Origin: a virus
Virus record (IMG/VR): IMGVR_UViG_3300021405_000007
Span: 32,001 to 96,000 of that record
Strand: one strand, 5' to 3'
Length of the DNA: 64,000 bases
Made by a program: the position numbers and the translations under genes
Shown here: piece after piece, positions 9,545 through 18,378 of the stretch
How the letters are laid out: every line of letters starts with the position of its first letter
Numbering within the stretch: position 1 is the first letter of the stretch
Notes under the pieces: generated by a model
Seen by the model: only the letters and a program-made list of their open reading frames with translations
Told to the model about the DNA's origin: nothing
The model's database searches: none

Positions 9545-9712
9545 ATGTTTATACCACTTTTAATAGCTTTTTTTGTAGGAACAGCTTCTGGCTTTACAGC
9601 ACAAGTAATAGCTGATAGAATCAAACCAGCAGACCCAACGACCATAGTCTGTGTAGCGACTTCCAAAGACGCTAAACCCAAGTGTGAAGAGGTTGAAAAT
9701 AAGGGGAAGTAA
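9545..9712 (+). CDS. Small exported/membrane protein
   Basis: MFIPLLIAFFVGTASG... 55 aa filling the gap between transporter and next gene. Confidence 0.5.
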   Translation: MFIPLLIAFFVGTASGFTAQVIADRIKPADPTTIVCVATSKDAKPKCEEVENKGK

Positions 9713-10189
9713 ATGGGTAAATATATTAAAGGTTTTGCCAAATATATATCTCAAGCTTTAATATTTACTATCCTTAATACGGCTTTATCAATCTTAATGG
9801 GCGCCCTAATAACTTTTGCAGCCCCAAAGCTAGGTCTACGCTTAGAACCTTACAGCGTCGGAATAAATCCTGATGCGTTTCATAAATTAGCTCTTATTCC
9901 TATGTGGAAGTTTGCATTAGCAGGTTTTGAAGATGTAGCTTTTGTACTCCCTTCTCTAATTTTGGCAAAAAGAGACTATCCAATATTGACTGGTATGGTT
10001 TTAGCAATTTGCTCAATTTGTTTTGTGGTTGGTCACCTCTACCAAGGTCTTGGAGCAGCACTCTGCAAGCTTCATTACGTGCCTCTCGCATTCTTATATG
10101 CACGTAGATTTGGTATATCTCGAACGATTACAGGGCATTCTATTCAAGATGTTTTGATAATGGCTTCGATTAGGTTAGGAATAGGTTGA
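9713..10189 (+). CDS. CPBP/CAAX-family intramembrane protease-like protein
   Basis: Multi-TM; FED..F, F...H.YQG and GHSIQD are degenerate CPBP motifs. Confidence 0.6.
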   Translation: MGKYIKGFAKYISQALIFTILNTALSILMGALITFAAPKLGLRLEPYSVGINPDAFHKLALIPMWKFALAGFEDVAFVLPSLILAKRDYPILTGMVLAICSICFVVGHLYQGLGAALCKLHYVPLAFLYARRFGISRTITGHSIQDVLIMASIRLGIG

Positions 10190-10251
10190 CTAGTATAATA
10201 ACCTCAAAGGTATTTTAAGACTGTTAAAATGATCAAAATTGGAGACCAAAA

Positions 10252-10857
10252 ATGCGTATAGCAGTAGTAGACTTAGAAAATAACACTCCCCAAAATGAAT
10301 GGCAAAAATCATTAACTGAACGAGTAGAATGGGCGCCCATAATTGAGATAGGCGCTGTAATGCTTGATATTAGATCAGGTAAAATAATTTCTTCTTTTGA
10401 AACCTTTGTAAATCCCAATGAAGCAATTTTTCCAGAAATCACTGCTTTAACAGGAATAAGTGATGTAGAAACAACGGGACCAAATTCGGGGTCTCTCGAT
10501 GTAGCTTTAGATAACTTTTATCAGTGGATGGCAGATAATAACTGTAAATTAATGGCTGCTTGGGGTAGAGATTGTGATGAAATTGAGAAGCAAGCTATTA
10601 AATCAGGAATAATCAATAAGTTTAAGAAATTAGACATTAAAAGTATGTTTGATGTTTTAAAAGGTGGTTTATCCGGAAAAAAAATGAAGGGCGGTTTAAA
10701 AGGGACTTTGGAAACCTTTGGTTTAACCTTTGAAGGGAAACAGCATAGAGCCAAAGTAGATGCTTTAAATACAGCAAAACTATTATTTCACGCTAAAGAA
10801 ATTTCACTTTACGCCGATAAGATTAAGGAACATAAGTTTAGAGGATTGCAGGAGTGA
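10252..10857 (+). CDS. DEDDh 3'-5' exonuclease (ERI-1/KapD-like)
   Basis: VVDLE, IIEIGAV, ITALTGI, AWG..D, HRAKVDA. Confidence 0.88.
   Translation: MRIAVVDLENNTPQNEWQKSLTERVEWAPIIEIGAVMLDIRSGKIISSFETFVNPNEAIFPEITALTGISDVETTGPNSGSLDVALDNFYQWMADNNCKLMAAWGRDCDEIEKQAIKSGIINKFKKLDIKSMFDVLKGGLSGKKMKGGLKGTLETFGLTFEGKQHRAKVDALNTAKLLFHAKEISLYADKIKEHKFRGLQE
10794..10820 (+). promoter_or_regulatory. sigma-28-type promoter inside the 3' end of the exonuclease gene
   Basis: TAAAGAAA-N11-GCCGATAA (TAAA-N15-GCCGATAA), upstream of ORF 10876 and def. Confidence 0.72.
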
Positions 10858-10875
10858 GAACATTGGAGACATACT

Positions 10876-11073
10876 ATGAAAGTATACTGGAAGTGTTCAT
10901 GTGGCAAAGAAGGAAGTGAAATAGAAAAATCTTCTATCATAGGTATTACTGAATTTGGAGTTTGGTTCAACTGTGAATGTAAGTCTACTCATCTAATCCG
11001 ACCAGAAGCTATTGAAAAATCAGACTTTGATTGCCCTTTGATAAATAAAGTTAATAATGCAAATGACTTATAA
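10876..11073 (+). CDS. Small Cys-rich (zinc-binding?) protein
   Basis: CSCG...CECKSTH; GGAG RBS. Confidence 0.55.
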   Translation: MKVYWKCSCGKEGSEIEKSSIIGITEFGVWFNCECKSTHLIRPEAIEKSDFDCPLINKVNNANDL

Positions 11074-11536
11074 ACTTCAAAAACTTGGCGCACCCATCCT
11101 TCGAAAAAAAGTAGATAGAGTTTTAAAGTTCAAACCTAAAGAACTCGAACAACTTTTCGAAGAGATGGTTTATATTATGATCTTAAATCAAGGTATTGGG
11201 TTAGCCGCTAACCAAATAGGCCTTAATAAACAGATCTTTATAGCAGCTTTAGAAACTTCACAAGGTATAATAACTCCTCGAATGTTCATAAATCCAACAA
11301 TGTTCACACTCAGCGAACAAAAATATGAGGCTTTCGAAGAAGGTTGTTTATCAGTAAATAAAGATAAAAGAATTTCAGACTTCCGTTCTAACTCCTTATC
11401 TCTGCACTATCAAGATACTCACGGTTTAGTCAAAACAGAATCTTTTTCAGGATTCAATGCAGTTATTATCCAACATGAATGCGATCACCTAGAAGGTAAG
11501 CTCTTCATAGATTACACTAATCCACATAAATGTTAG
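11057..11536 (+). CDS. def: Peptide deformylase
   Basis: All three motifs present: GIGLAANQIG, EGCLS, QHECDHLEG. Confidence 0.95.
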   Translation: MQMTYKLQKLGAPILRKKVDRVLKFKPKELEQLFEEMVYIMILNQGIGLAANQIGLNKQIFIAALETSQGIITPRMFINPTMFTLSEQKYEAFEEGCLSVNKDKRISDFRSNSLSLHYQDTHGLVKTESFSGFNAVIIQHECDHLEGKLFIDYTNPHKC

Positions 11537-11579
11537 AATTTTCTTAGATTAATAAATATCATATTTAAAGAAATAATAA

Positions 11580-11888
11580 ATGATTACAGTACATTGCAAA
11601 TGCAAAAAATCTATAATGAAATTTCAGCATCTTAAAGAAGGTCATATCACTGAATACGAAGGTAGTTGTTGCAAAGACCTACAAAAACAACAACTTATGG
11701 AAGAGGCTCCAGTTTCTCAACCAACCAAACTATCTGAAAAAGATGCTGAAGTTTTTATGAAGGTTTTAGAAAATCCTCCAGAACCTAGCGAAGCTTTAAA
11801 AGCGCTCATGGCAGATCAAGAAAAAGTTGATACAGAAAAAACCAAGAAAAAATTCACTTACTTCGAACCTAAAGGAAGTAAGAAATGA
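11580..11888 (+). CDS. Cys-rich N-terminus plus DUF1778 antitoxin-like C-terminal motif
   Basis: HCKC...SCC; LSEKDAEVFMKVLENPPEPSEALKALM. Confidence 0.55.
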   Translation: MITVHCKCKKSIMKFQHLKEGHITEYEGSCCKDLQKQQLMEEAPVSQPTKLSEKDAEVFMKVLENPPEPSEALKALMADQEKVDTEKTKKKFTYFEPKGSKK

Positions 11889-12142
11889 TACCTGAAATAA
11901 AGCAATTTTATACTTATGATGTTGATCTTGCAGCTTTTTTAATGGTTCAAGGTCTAAAATTTTACGAATGCAAGTCAGACCCAATTGATAAATCTAGAGC
12001 TCTTTTTTGCTTTTTTGATGAGAGAGATATAGGACGGGATTTAGAGCGAAATTGGATGTCTAGTGATACTAAGAGATTCTCTGATTTCCGAAAATACCTT
12101 TTAAGAGAAGTACATAGGGTAGTTAAGCAAGGTATAAAATAA
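11885..12142 (+). CDS. DUF5659-like small phage protein
   Basis: FYTYDVDLAAFL...RALFCF pattern. Confidence 0.55.
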   Translation: MIPEIKQFYTYDVDLAAFLMVQGLKFYECKSDPIDKSRALFCFFDERDIGRDLERNWMSSDTKRFSDFRKYLLREVHRVVKQGIK

Positions 12143-12151
12143 GCTTACGGA

Positions 12152-12160
12152 TGTTATAAT
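12152..12160 (+). promoter_or_regulatory. Extended -10 (putative late) promoter
   Basis: TGTTATAAT 29 nt upstream of virion gene 12189. Confidence 0.6.
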
Positions 12161-12188
12161 TGTTTGGATTCTATATAAGGAGTTTAAG

Positions 12189-12611
12189 ATGATTGAGGGA
12201 TCGTGGCTAGCAGTAGCTCCTCAGGCATTCACTGCTAATGGCACTCAATATGGTCTGATCACCCTCGCCTCAACTGCAGGGTTTTATACAAGACAGATCG
12301 TCACTATTCAAGCTACTGCTTTACCTGATTTACAAGTTCAGGTTAAACGCGTAAACGCAGACGGCGCTACAATGATTGTGGGTCCTACTGATGGAAACAT
12401 TGGAACTTGGAGCAATATTGCCCTTTACACTACAGCTGCAACCTCTACAGTTAGGGCAGCGGAACAACGTAGAGCAGCTTTGGCAATAGATGCTATATCT
12501 AGAGCAGTCTTCCAAGAAGATCCGGTTGTTGCTTTAAGGGTGGTTCTAGTGGATGGTTCCGGCAATGTTTTAGGGGTAGAAGGCAACCCGCTTCACACAA
12601 CTACTACCTAG
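12189..12611 (+). CDS. Virion structural protein, paralogue of the N-terminus of 26482..27306
   Basis: Shared PQAFTA.GT..G...AA.QRR...RAV..E.P.VA.R..LVD..GN. Confidence 0.55.
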   Translation: MIEGSWLAVAPQAFTANGTQYGLITLASTAGFYTRQIVTIQATALPDLQVQVKRVNADGATMIVGPTDGNIGTWSNIALYTTAATSTVRAAEQRRAALAIDAISRAVFQEDPVVALRVVLVDGSGNVLGVEGNPLHTTTT

Positions 12612-12621
12612 TCTTTTAAAT

Positions 12622-12649
12622 TAAAGATTTACAAAATAAACTCCGATAA
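12622..12649 (+). promoter_or_regulatory. sigma-28-type promoter
   Basis: TAAAGATT-N12-TCCGATAA. Confidence 0.65.
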
Positions 12650-12678
12650 GTATATTGTTCTTATCGGAGTTTATTTTT
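12633..12678 (+). terminator. 18-bp inverted repeat / terminator overlapping the sigma-28 -10 box
   Basis: AAAATAAACTCCGATAAG-N9-CTTATCGGAGTTTATTTT(T). Confidence 0.7.
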
Positions 12679-12693
12679 ATAGGAATGGTTTAT

Positions 12694-13080
12694 ATGAAGC
12701 TTGGCCAATTAGTAGATAATCCTCTTTTCTTGAAAGCCTTAAAGGATCTTTCATCACAACCCCTCCCCGTTCTTGCAGCCTATAAACTTGTAACTATTAT
12801 GGAGATTAGAGACCGAGAAGTCGGAAGATGGCAAAAGGTTCGAAATGCCCTTTTACAAAGTTATGGAAAAAAAGATGAAAAAGGAGAGTTAGTTATATCA
12901 GAGGATGGTACTCAGTATGTTTTGGAAAAAACAACCGCTTTTAATGAAGATTATAATCATTTGATATCTTTACCAGTAGATATACCAAAACTCTCCATTG
13001 AGGAGTTAAAAGATGTTAAACTCTCCGCCGAATCTCTTCTGATTTTGCGACCAATACTCGCTTTAGAAACCTCGGATTAG
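12694..13080 (+). CDS. DUF1617-like phage protein
   Basis: LPVLAAYKL...RNALLQSYGKKDEKGELV...F..DY..L pattern. Confidence 0.55.
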   Translation: MKLGQLVDNPLFLKALKDLSSQPLPVLAAYKLVTIMEIRDREVGRWQKVRNALLQSYGKKDEKGELVISEDGTQYVLEKTTAFNEDYNHLISLPVDIPKLSIEELKDVKLSAESLLILRPILALETSD

Positions 13081-13151
13081 GTTCTCCCCCGCCGAGTTCA
13101 ATGGGATCCAAACTAGGATCCCATACCCCTCCCTCTAGCAGTTTGAATACA

Positions 13152-13160
13152 TGTTAAAAT
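13152..13160 (+). promoter_or_regulatory. Extended -10 (putative late) promoter
   Basis: TGTTAAAAT in intergenic DNA. Confidence 0.55.
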
Positions 13161-13222
13161 TTTGTAAGTTCTATAATAATAGACACTTATAATAATCTTT
13201 ACTTTCAGTGAGTTATATTTCT

Positions 13223-13567
13223 ATGACCCCAGAATTCATGGATAAAATCAGTGAATTGCAAGCCGCTCAAAGAGAAATGGCACTTCTTCAAAAAATTCAT
13301 ACTGAAACTCTTGATAAACAGTTAAAACTTCTTGAAAGTCAAAGAGATATATTAACAACCAATACTGTAATAGTAAAAGATCATGAACGTAGAAGCACGC
13401 AATTGGAAGGACGGATGGGTATTTTAGAAGAAAAGTTATCGCCCATTGAAAAATACTTAGCTGAGTTAGCAGCAGTAAATAAAGTTATGAAGATTCTTGG
13501 AACAACCTTTACCTTTCTAGCCTCTGCAGCCACAATAATAGAACTAATCAAAATGTTTGCCAAATAA
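13223..13567 (+). CDS. Coiled-coil protein with C-terminal TM (holin/XhlA-like architecture)
   Basis: Heptad coiled coil followed by hydrophobic ILGTTFTFLASAATIIELI. Confidence 0.45.
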   Translation: MTPEFMDKISELQAAQREMALLQKIHTETLDKQLKLLESQRDILTTNTVIVKDHERRSTQLEGRMGILEEKLSPIEKYLAELAAVNKVMKILGTTFTFLASAATIIELIKMFAK

Positions 13568-13577
13568 GGAATTTTCG

Positions 13578-13982
13578 ATGCTGATAGGTAAACTTTTAAA
13601 TAGCGATGCAACTATCAATAATTATTACGAAATTGGTAGTTTACAATTTGTTTCGGGTGAAGCTTTCACCGTAGTAATGCAGGTTTTTGGAGCTCAAAGC
13701 GGTCTTAGAAAGATGCTAATAGCTCAAGATAACAATCCTTCCCATATAGCTGTTACTTTAACCCTACCCAATTTAGATGGTTCTGATTTATCACTAACAA
13801 TGACTCAAATGACCAATGACGCTAGTATATGGTCGGCAGCCGTTAACTCCACTCAATCAGCACTTTTAGCTATGGGTAATGCTCAATTTTCAGTAGTAGA
13901 TTCAAGTATGGGAGCGCCCGGACCAGTTATGGGTTTTATTCCTAGTGCTCTAAGTTTAGTTATAACCGGGGATGTTCCTTAA
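13578..13982 (+). CDS. Putative virion structural protein
   Basis: Beta-rich; lies in the head-neck gene cluster. Confidence 0.45.
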   Translation: MLIGKLLNSDATINNYYEIGSLQFVSGEAFTVVMQVFGAQSGLRKMLIAQDNNPSHIAVTLTLPNLDGSDLSLTMTQMTNDASIWSAAVNSTQSALLAMGNAQFSVVDSSMGAPGPVMGFIPSALSLVITGDVP

Positions 13983-13985
13983 ATA

Positions 13986-14014
13986 TGAGCCGATTAAACT
14001 ACTGAATCGGCTCA
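13986..14014 (+). other. Intergenic hairpin
   Basis: TGAGCCGATT-N9-AATCGGCTCA perfect 10-bp stem. Confidence 0.55.
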
Positions 14015-14045
14015 CACTTTGACCTAATTAGGAAAAAAAACAATA

Positions 14046-14882
14046 ATGACAAGAACTTATGGTAAGTCTAACAGGGGCGAGTCCCAATTGCAACCATTGA
14101 TGACCGTTGCACGTCTAAAAGCGGAATACCTCTTCGGCGCTGTAGACGTGACTGATTCTAATGGTAATACTATTTCTGATTCTGCTCTCCAATCCTATAT
14201 TGATTCAGCTATAAACATGCTTGAATTAGACTTAGATATGGCTTTTACTCCTCGTCAAGAATTAGAAGAGAGAGACTTCTTTGGTAATGACTATTTTAAC
14301 TGGGGGTATAACCAGCTTAATCGATACCCTGTAATTTCTATTCAAGACGTATTCTTTGCTTTTTTAAGAAACGATGATGGTACGTACGATGAAACTATTG
14401 ACATCCCACAAGCTTGGTGGCGTTTGAAGAAAGAAACCGGACTCTTTCGAATGATACCAAATAACAAATTCCCAGCTAACCTTCAAATTGATCAAACGGG
14501 CACCTTTTTCCCTGAATTATTTCGTAGGGAAGGTCACGTCCCTCAATTATTTGTTATATCTTATACTTGGGGATTACAAGAAGGTCAGATACCACCATTA
14601 ATAAATCATGCCATAGGCATGTTAGCGGCAATATTCGCTTTATCACCTCTTGGTAACTTAATTTTAGGCCCTGGCATAGCTAGTTCTAGTTTAGGTATTG
14701 ACGGACTCTCCCAATCGTTGTCTACTACCAATAGCGGTGCAGATGGGGGCGCCTTTGCAAGCCAAGTTAGAGACTACAAAAATCAACTTTGGGGTCAACG
14801 AGGCGATGCTACTGATAACACCAGTATCGTTCATATTTTAAGAAACTACTACAAGGGTGCCCCACTAATGTCCATGATATAA
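14046..14882 (+). CDS. Head-tail adaptor/neck protein
   Basis: LKAEYLFG, YIDSAI..LE..L, ISYT.G, GIASSSLGIDGLSQS; position after the capsid genes. Confidence 0.7.
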   Translation: MTRTYGKSNRGESQLQPLMTVARLKAEYLFGAVDVTDSNGNTISDSALQSYIDSAINMLELDLDMAFTPRQELEERDFFGNDYFNWGYNQLNRYPVISIQDVFFAFLRNDDGTYDETIDIPQAWWRLKKETGLFRMIPNNKFPANLQIDQTGTFFPELFRREGHVPQLFVISYTWGLQEGQIPPLINHAIGMLAAIFALSPLGNLILGPGIASSSLGIDGLSQSLSTTNSGADGGAFASQVRDYKNQLWGQRGDATDNTSIVHILRNYYKGAPLMSMI

Positions 14883-14891
14883 GGGGAAGCA

Positions 14892-15170
14892 ATGAAAGAA
14901 GAAACTCCTCAAGATAAGATCGTGGGATATACTAAATCAAAAAAGCCTATCTATGACGTGGATGCGCATCACCCGGATCCTGAATGGAAGCATCTTTACT
15001 CCGACTTCACTAGAAATGATCACGCTGATGCGGCGATTGTTTTGCTGGCTCAAGGACACAACCCTGAAACAGAGTTAAACAAGAAAAAAGCTTATGGTTT
15101 CGCGGCCTCATGCCATGAAAGACATGTAGTGAATTGTGATTGGATCGAAGCGCATCCTAAAGGTAGGTAA
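14892..15170 (+). CDS. Stand-alone copy of the G[HY]T[KQ]S[GK]KPIY His-rich module
   Basis: KIVGYTKSKKPIYD...SDFTRNDHADAA matches the repeats in 15232..17943. Confidence 0.6.
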   Translation: MKEETPQDKIVGYTKSKKPIYDVDAHHPDPEWKHLYSDFTRNDHADAAIVLLAQGHNPETELNKKKAYGFAASCHERHVVNCDWIEAHPKGR

Positions 15171-15231
15171 GGTATAATTTTCACGTAACAAGTTTGTTTA
15201 TATTGATAAATTTTTTAGATTAGGCTTATAA

Positions 15232-17943
15232 ATGTCAAAACCTTTTGATATTAATGAAGAAATTGATCAACTATCTGAAAAAATGGTTAAAGCTCAAAAA
15301 ATCACCTTTTTTGAGTTAGCTTCTGAATTAGGCCTGGAAGGTCTAAAAAAAGCAAGCTCTAAAATGTCAGAAGCACAACTCACTGCTTTTAAAGAAGAAT
15401 TACAAAAACATATACCAAAAAGTGTAACTAAATCTGATTCTACTCCTGATGGTATGAGTGAAGAAATGGCTGGAGTTTCAATGGCTCCTAGAGATGAAAA
15501 TGAAACTGAACAAAAAAAAGAAGAACGAGAAAAAGCCGCTAAAAGAGTCGAAGATGCCGAAGGTTTGAATAAAGATGAAAATGCTTTAGGAGAAATGCTA
15601 ATGGCCTCTGAAAAAGCTCCAATGAAAAAGTCTGAAGGTGCTAGAGGGGGACATGTGATAGGTCATACCAAGAGTGGTAAGCCTATATATGCTTCTGGTG
15701 ATGGCCAATCTTATTGGAAAACATTTAACTCAGATGAGCATTTGACAGCTGCTGCAATCCATGCTAAAGAAGCAGATAAATATAAAAAAAATGTTAATGA
15801 AATACGTGCAAAGTATAAAGAAAATGAAGCACCAATGAGTGATCAGGATCAACGTTTGCATAGTTATAATTGGAATAAATGGGATCACCATCACCATGAA
15901 GCTCAACAACATCAAGAAATAGGTCGGGTTTTAAGGGACAGAGAGGAGCGTAAGAAAAAAACTCTAGAAAAATCTAAAGGTGCTAGAGGAGGCCACGTAA
16001 TAGGGTACACCCAATCAGGCAAACCAATCTATGAAGCAGCTAATCACTCCAGCCATAAAGATTTTTCCAAAAAAGATCATGCTGATGCACTTCAAGCCCA
16101 CAAAGAATTAACTCCTACAGCCGGTAATCTTAAAGCTTTGATGGAAGCGAAATACCATGCTGAGCAACAAAAAACTCATTTAAATGCTATGGAAAACAAT
16201 AAAATGAAAAAAAGTGTAGTAGAAAAATCAATTATAAACAATACCATGAGTCTTGAGCCTTTTATCGAAACTGATAGAGGCGGTAAATTTGAAATGAATA
16301 TGGACGATATGAACCGTCAAGCATTGCTTGATGAACTTATTGCTATGGATGCAATGGCTTCAGAAGAGATGAGAGACGTACTGCACCAAGGCGGCCCCGA
16401 AATGTCAGAATCTTGGACTGGACAAACAATAGACGATCCACAACCCCATATGGACTATGAGTTGGGTGCGGAAGATCTTAAAACTCCAAAATCTGAAAAC
16501 AAAAATGATCAAATTGCTGATAAGATTATAGAATTAAACAAATTAGGCGAAATGTCTCACGAGGAAAGAATGGAAATGCGCGAAAAAATAATGATGATTC
16601 TTGAGGCTTTAATGGAGCGTCAACTAGAAAAAGCTGTTATTTCTAAAGCTCTTGACACTTTATCTGTGAAATTGAATCTACCAAATGGTAAATTGCATAC
16701 TCTTTACGACAAAGTAGTTGAATTGAAAAAGTCTGAAGGCGCCAGAGGTGGGAAAATTATAGGCCATACTAAATCGGGTAAACCTATTTACGAACATGCC
16801 GAACATAAAGGGCATGAAGGCTTTCATTATGAAGATCATTTCGATGCTATGAAAGTTCATCATAAATTGGCGCATTCCCATGAAGATAAAGCTAAAGGCA
16901 TGATTGCCGCTGATGGAATGAAAGACTTTAAAGAGCTGAAAGGTCACGCTGAAGGCATAAAACACCACCTCAATGAGGCTTCCAAACATGAAAAAATGTT
17001 CCGTAAAATGACGCCAGGCATTAAAAAAGCCCTAGATCCTTTTTATGATAACATCGAAACTAACGAAGATTTCTATAAATCTGATGCTTTAAATCCTTTC
17101 GAATATAGAAAGATTGGACAAAACTACCATGCAGATGTCGACGCTTATATTGAAGCAGAAGAAAAAGCAACAAAAGAAAATCTAGATAAATCAACTTTCT
17201 TTTACCCAGACCAAAAAGCTTTGACCAAGTCATCAGGCATCCAAGAGTTGATCGAAAAGGGCGCTCACATGGACGAGCTGGAGCTTGAAACTGCTTTAAT
17301 TAATAAAGGTATTTCTGCTACCTATCGTGGAGTTAACATAGTAAAATCATTCACAGACTCTTCTATGGAAGACCTTTTTGTACAACGAGATACTTGGGGT
17401 CAACCAATTAAAAAGTCATACGATGATATTCATCGCGAAGGTAGCGGTTCTGCAGAAGACCATGATGACGTAATGCATCAAGATGCCGGCGAAGCAATGG
17501 AAGAATCCGGAGAGCCGATCCGTAAAGATGAGTCAGAAGAGTCTGATGAAGAAAAGAAAAAAAGAGAAGAAGCTAAAGAAAAACTCATGGAGATGGAAGA
17601 ACGCGAACATGCAACCAAAGATCCAGAAGAGTTGATTGAAGCTGAAAAAGAAGAGCATATGGAAAAAGCTGAAGATGACCACAAAGAAAGCGACAATTGT
17701 GAAGATGTTGACTTGGAAAAATGTGGTGGCTATGATATGCTTTCTAAAGAGTTAGATGATATGAAAGAAGATGCTAAAGATGAAGAGATTGAAAAAGCCT
17801 ATATCGGCTTTAAAAAACTTGAAAGCAAAATAGCTCATCGTGGTGGAGTTAAAAACCCAGCTGCAGTCGCCGCTTCGATAGGTAGAAAAAAGTATGGAAA
17901 ACAAGGATTTGCAAAATTAAGTGCTGCAGGACGTCGTAAGTAG
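15232..17943 (+). CDS. Large putative internal head (poly)protein with three GARGG-G[HY]T[KQ]SGKPIY repeats
   Basis: 903 aa; three repeats; about 20 hydrophobic-x-K-[S/A/G] motifs; acidic tracts; basic C-terminal peptide. Confidence 0.6.
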   Translation: MSKPFDINEEIDQLSEKMVKAQKITFFELASELGLEGLKKASSKMSEAQLTAFKEELQKHIPKSVTKSDSTPDGMSEEMAGVSMAPRDENETEQKKEEREKAAKRVEDAEGLNKDENALGEMLMASEKAPMKKSEGARGGHVIGHTKSGKPIYASGDGQSYWKTFNSDEHLTAAAIHAKEADKYKKNVNEIRAKYKENEAPMSDQDQRLHSYNWNKWDHHHHEAQQHQEIGRVLRDREERKKKTLEKSKGARGGHVIGYTQSGKPIYEAANHSSHKDFSKKDHADALQAHKELTPTAGNLKALMEAKYHAEQQKTHLNAMENNKMKKSVVEKSIINNTMSLEPFIETDRGGKFEMNMDDMNRQALLDELIAMDAMASEEMRDVLHQGGPEMSESWTGQTIDDPQPHMDYELGAEDLKTPKSENKNDQIADKIIELNKLGEMSHEERMEMREKIMMILEALMERQLEKAVISKALDTLSVKLNLPNGKLHTLYDKVVELKKSEGARGGKIIGHTKSGKPIYEHAEHKGHEGFHYEDHFDAMKVHHKLAHSHEDKAKGMIAADGMKDFKELKGHAEGIKHHLNEASKHEKMFRKMTPGIKKALDPFYDNIETNEDFYKSDALNPFEYRKIGQNYHADVDAYIEAEEKATKENLDKSTFFYPDQKALTKSSGIQELIEKGAHMDELELETALINKGISATYRGVNIVKSFTDSSMEDLFVQRDTWGQPIKKSYDDIHREGSGSAEDHDDVMHQDAGEAMEESGEPIRKDESEESDEEKKKREEAKEKLMEMEEREHATKDPEELIEAEKEEHMEKAEDDHKESDNCEDVDLEKCGGYDMLSKELDDMKEDAKDEEIEKAYIGFKKLESKIAHRGGVKNPAAVAASIGRKKYGKQGFAKLSAAGRRK

Positions 17944-17959
17944 TAAATGGAGTTTGGAT

Positions 17960-18346
17960 GTGGATAGCAACAATAAATCTATTGATTTTTGGGTTCAATT
18001 TGGAATTGATGTTCCTTTGGATGAAATTTTCCAAAAAGCGACGCTCACGACGCCCAAAGCTCCACGCCTCCCTCACCCCGGGGAAGGCGCAAAAGCCAAA
18101 CAACCAGAAAGCTATAAACCACCTAAAGGTACTATAACTAAACCTGAATCTTTGCAACCACACTATTCTGATAAGCCTAATATGAGTAAATTCAAAAAGA
18201 TTTTGAGTCACCCAGAATTAGGTCCAAAACTTCAAGGACGTATTGGATATCATCCTAAAACCGATACTATTCACGTATTGCATCCCTCAGCACATAAAAT
18301 AATCAGTGAGCATGTTTCACAACAGAAAGAGATGGCTCATGGTTAG
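17960..18346 (+). CDS. Putative head-associated protein
   Basis: GTG 17960 with GGAG RBS in frame with the track ORF; contains IFQK|AT then a Pro/Lys/His-rich region. Confidence 0.45.
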   Translation: MDSNNKSIDFWVQFGIDVPLDEIFQKATLTTPKAPRLPHPGEGAKAKQPESYKPPKGTITKPESLQPHYSDKPNMSKFKKILSHPELGPKLQGRIGYHPKTDTIHVLHPSAHKIISEHVSQQKEMAHG

Positions 18347-18378
18347 TTCTTTTTCCACTAGAGTTTCGGAAAAATATT

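Noticed and set aside
13101-13124. Hairpin ATGGGATCC-N6-GGATCCCAT as an intrinsic terminator
   Set aside because: Perfect stem but no U-tract on either strand; function not assignable.
13989-13996. GCCGATTA as a sigma-28 -10 box
   Set aside because: No TAAA at the right spacing; explained as one arm of the 13986-14014 hairpin.
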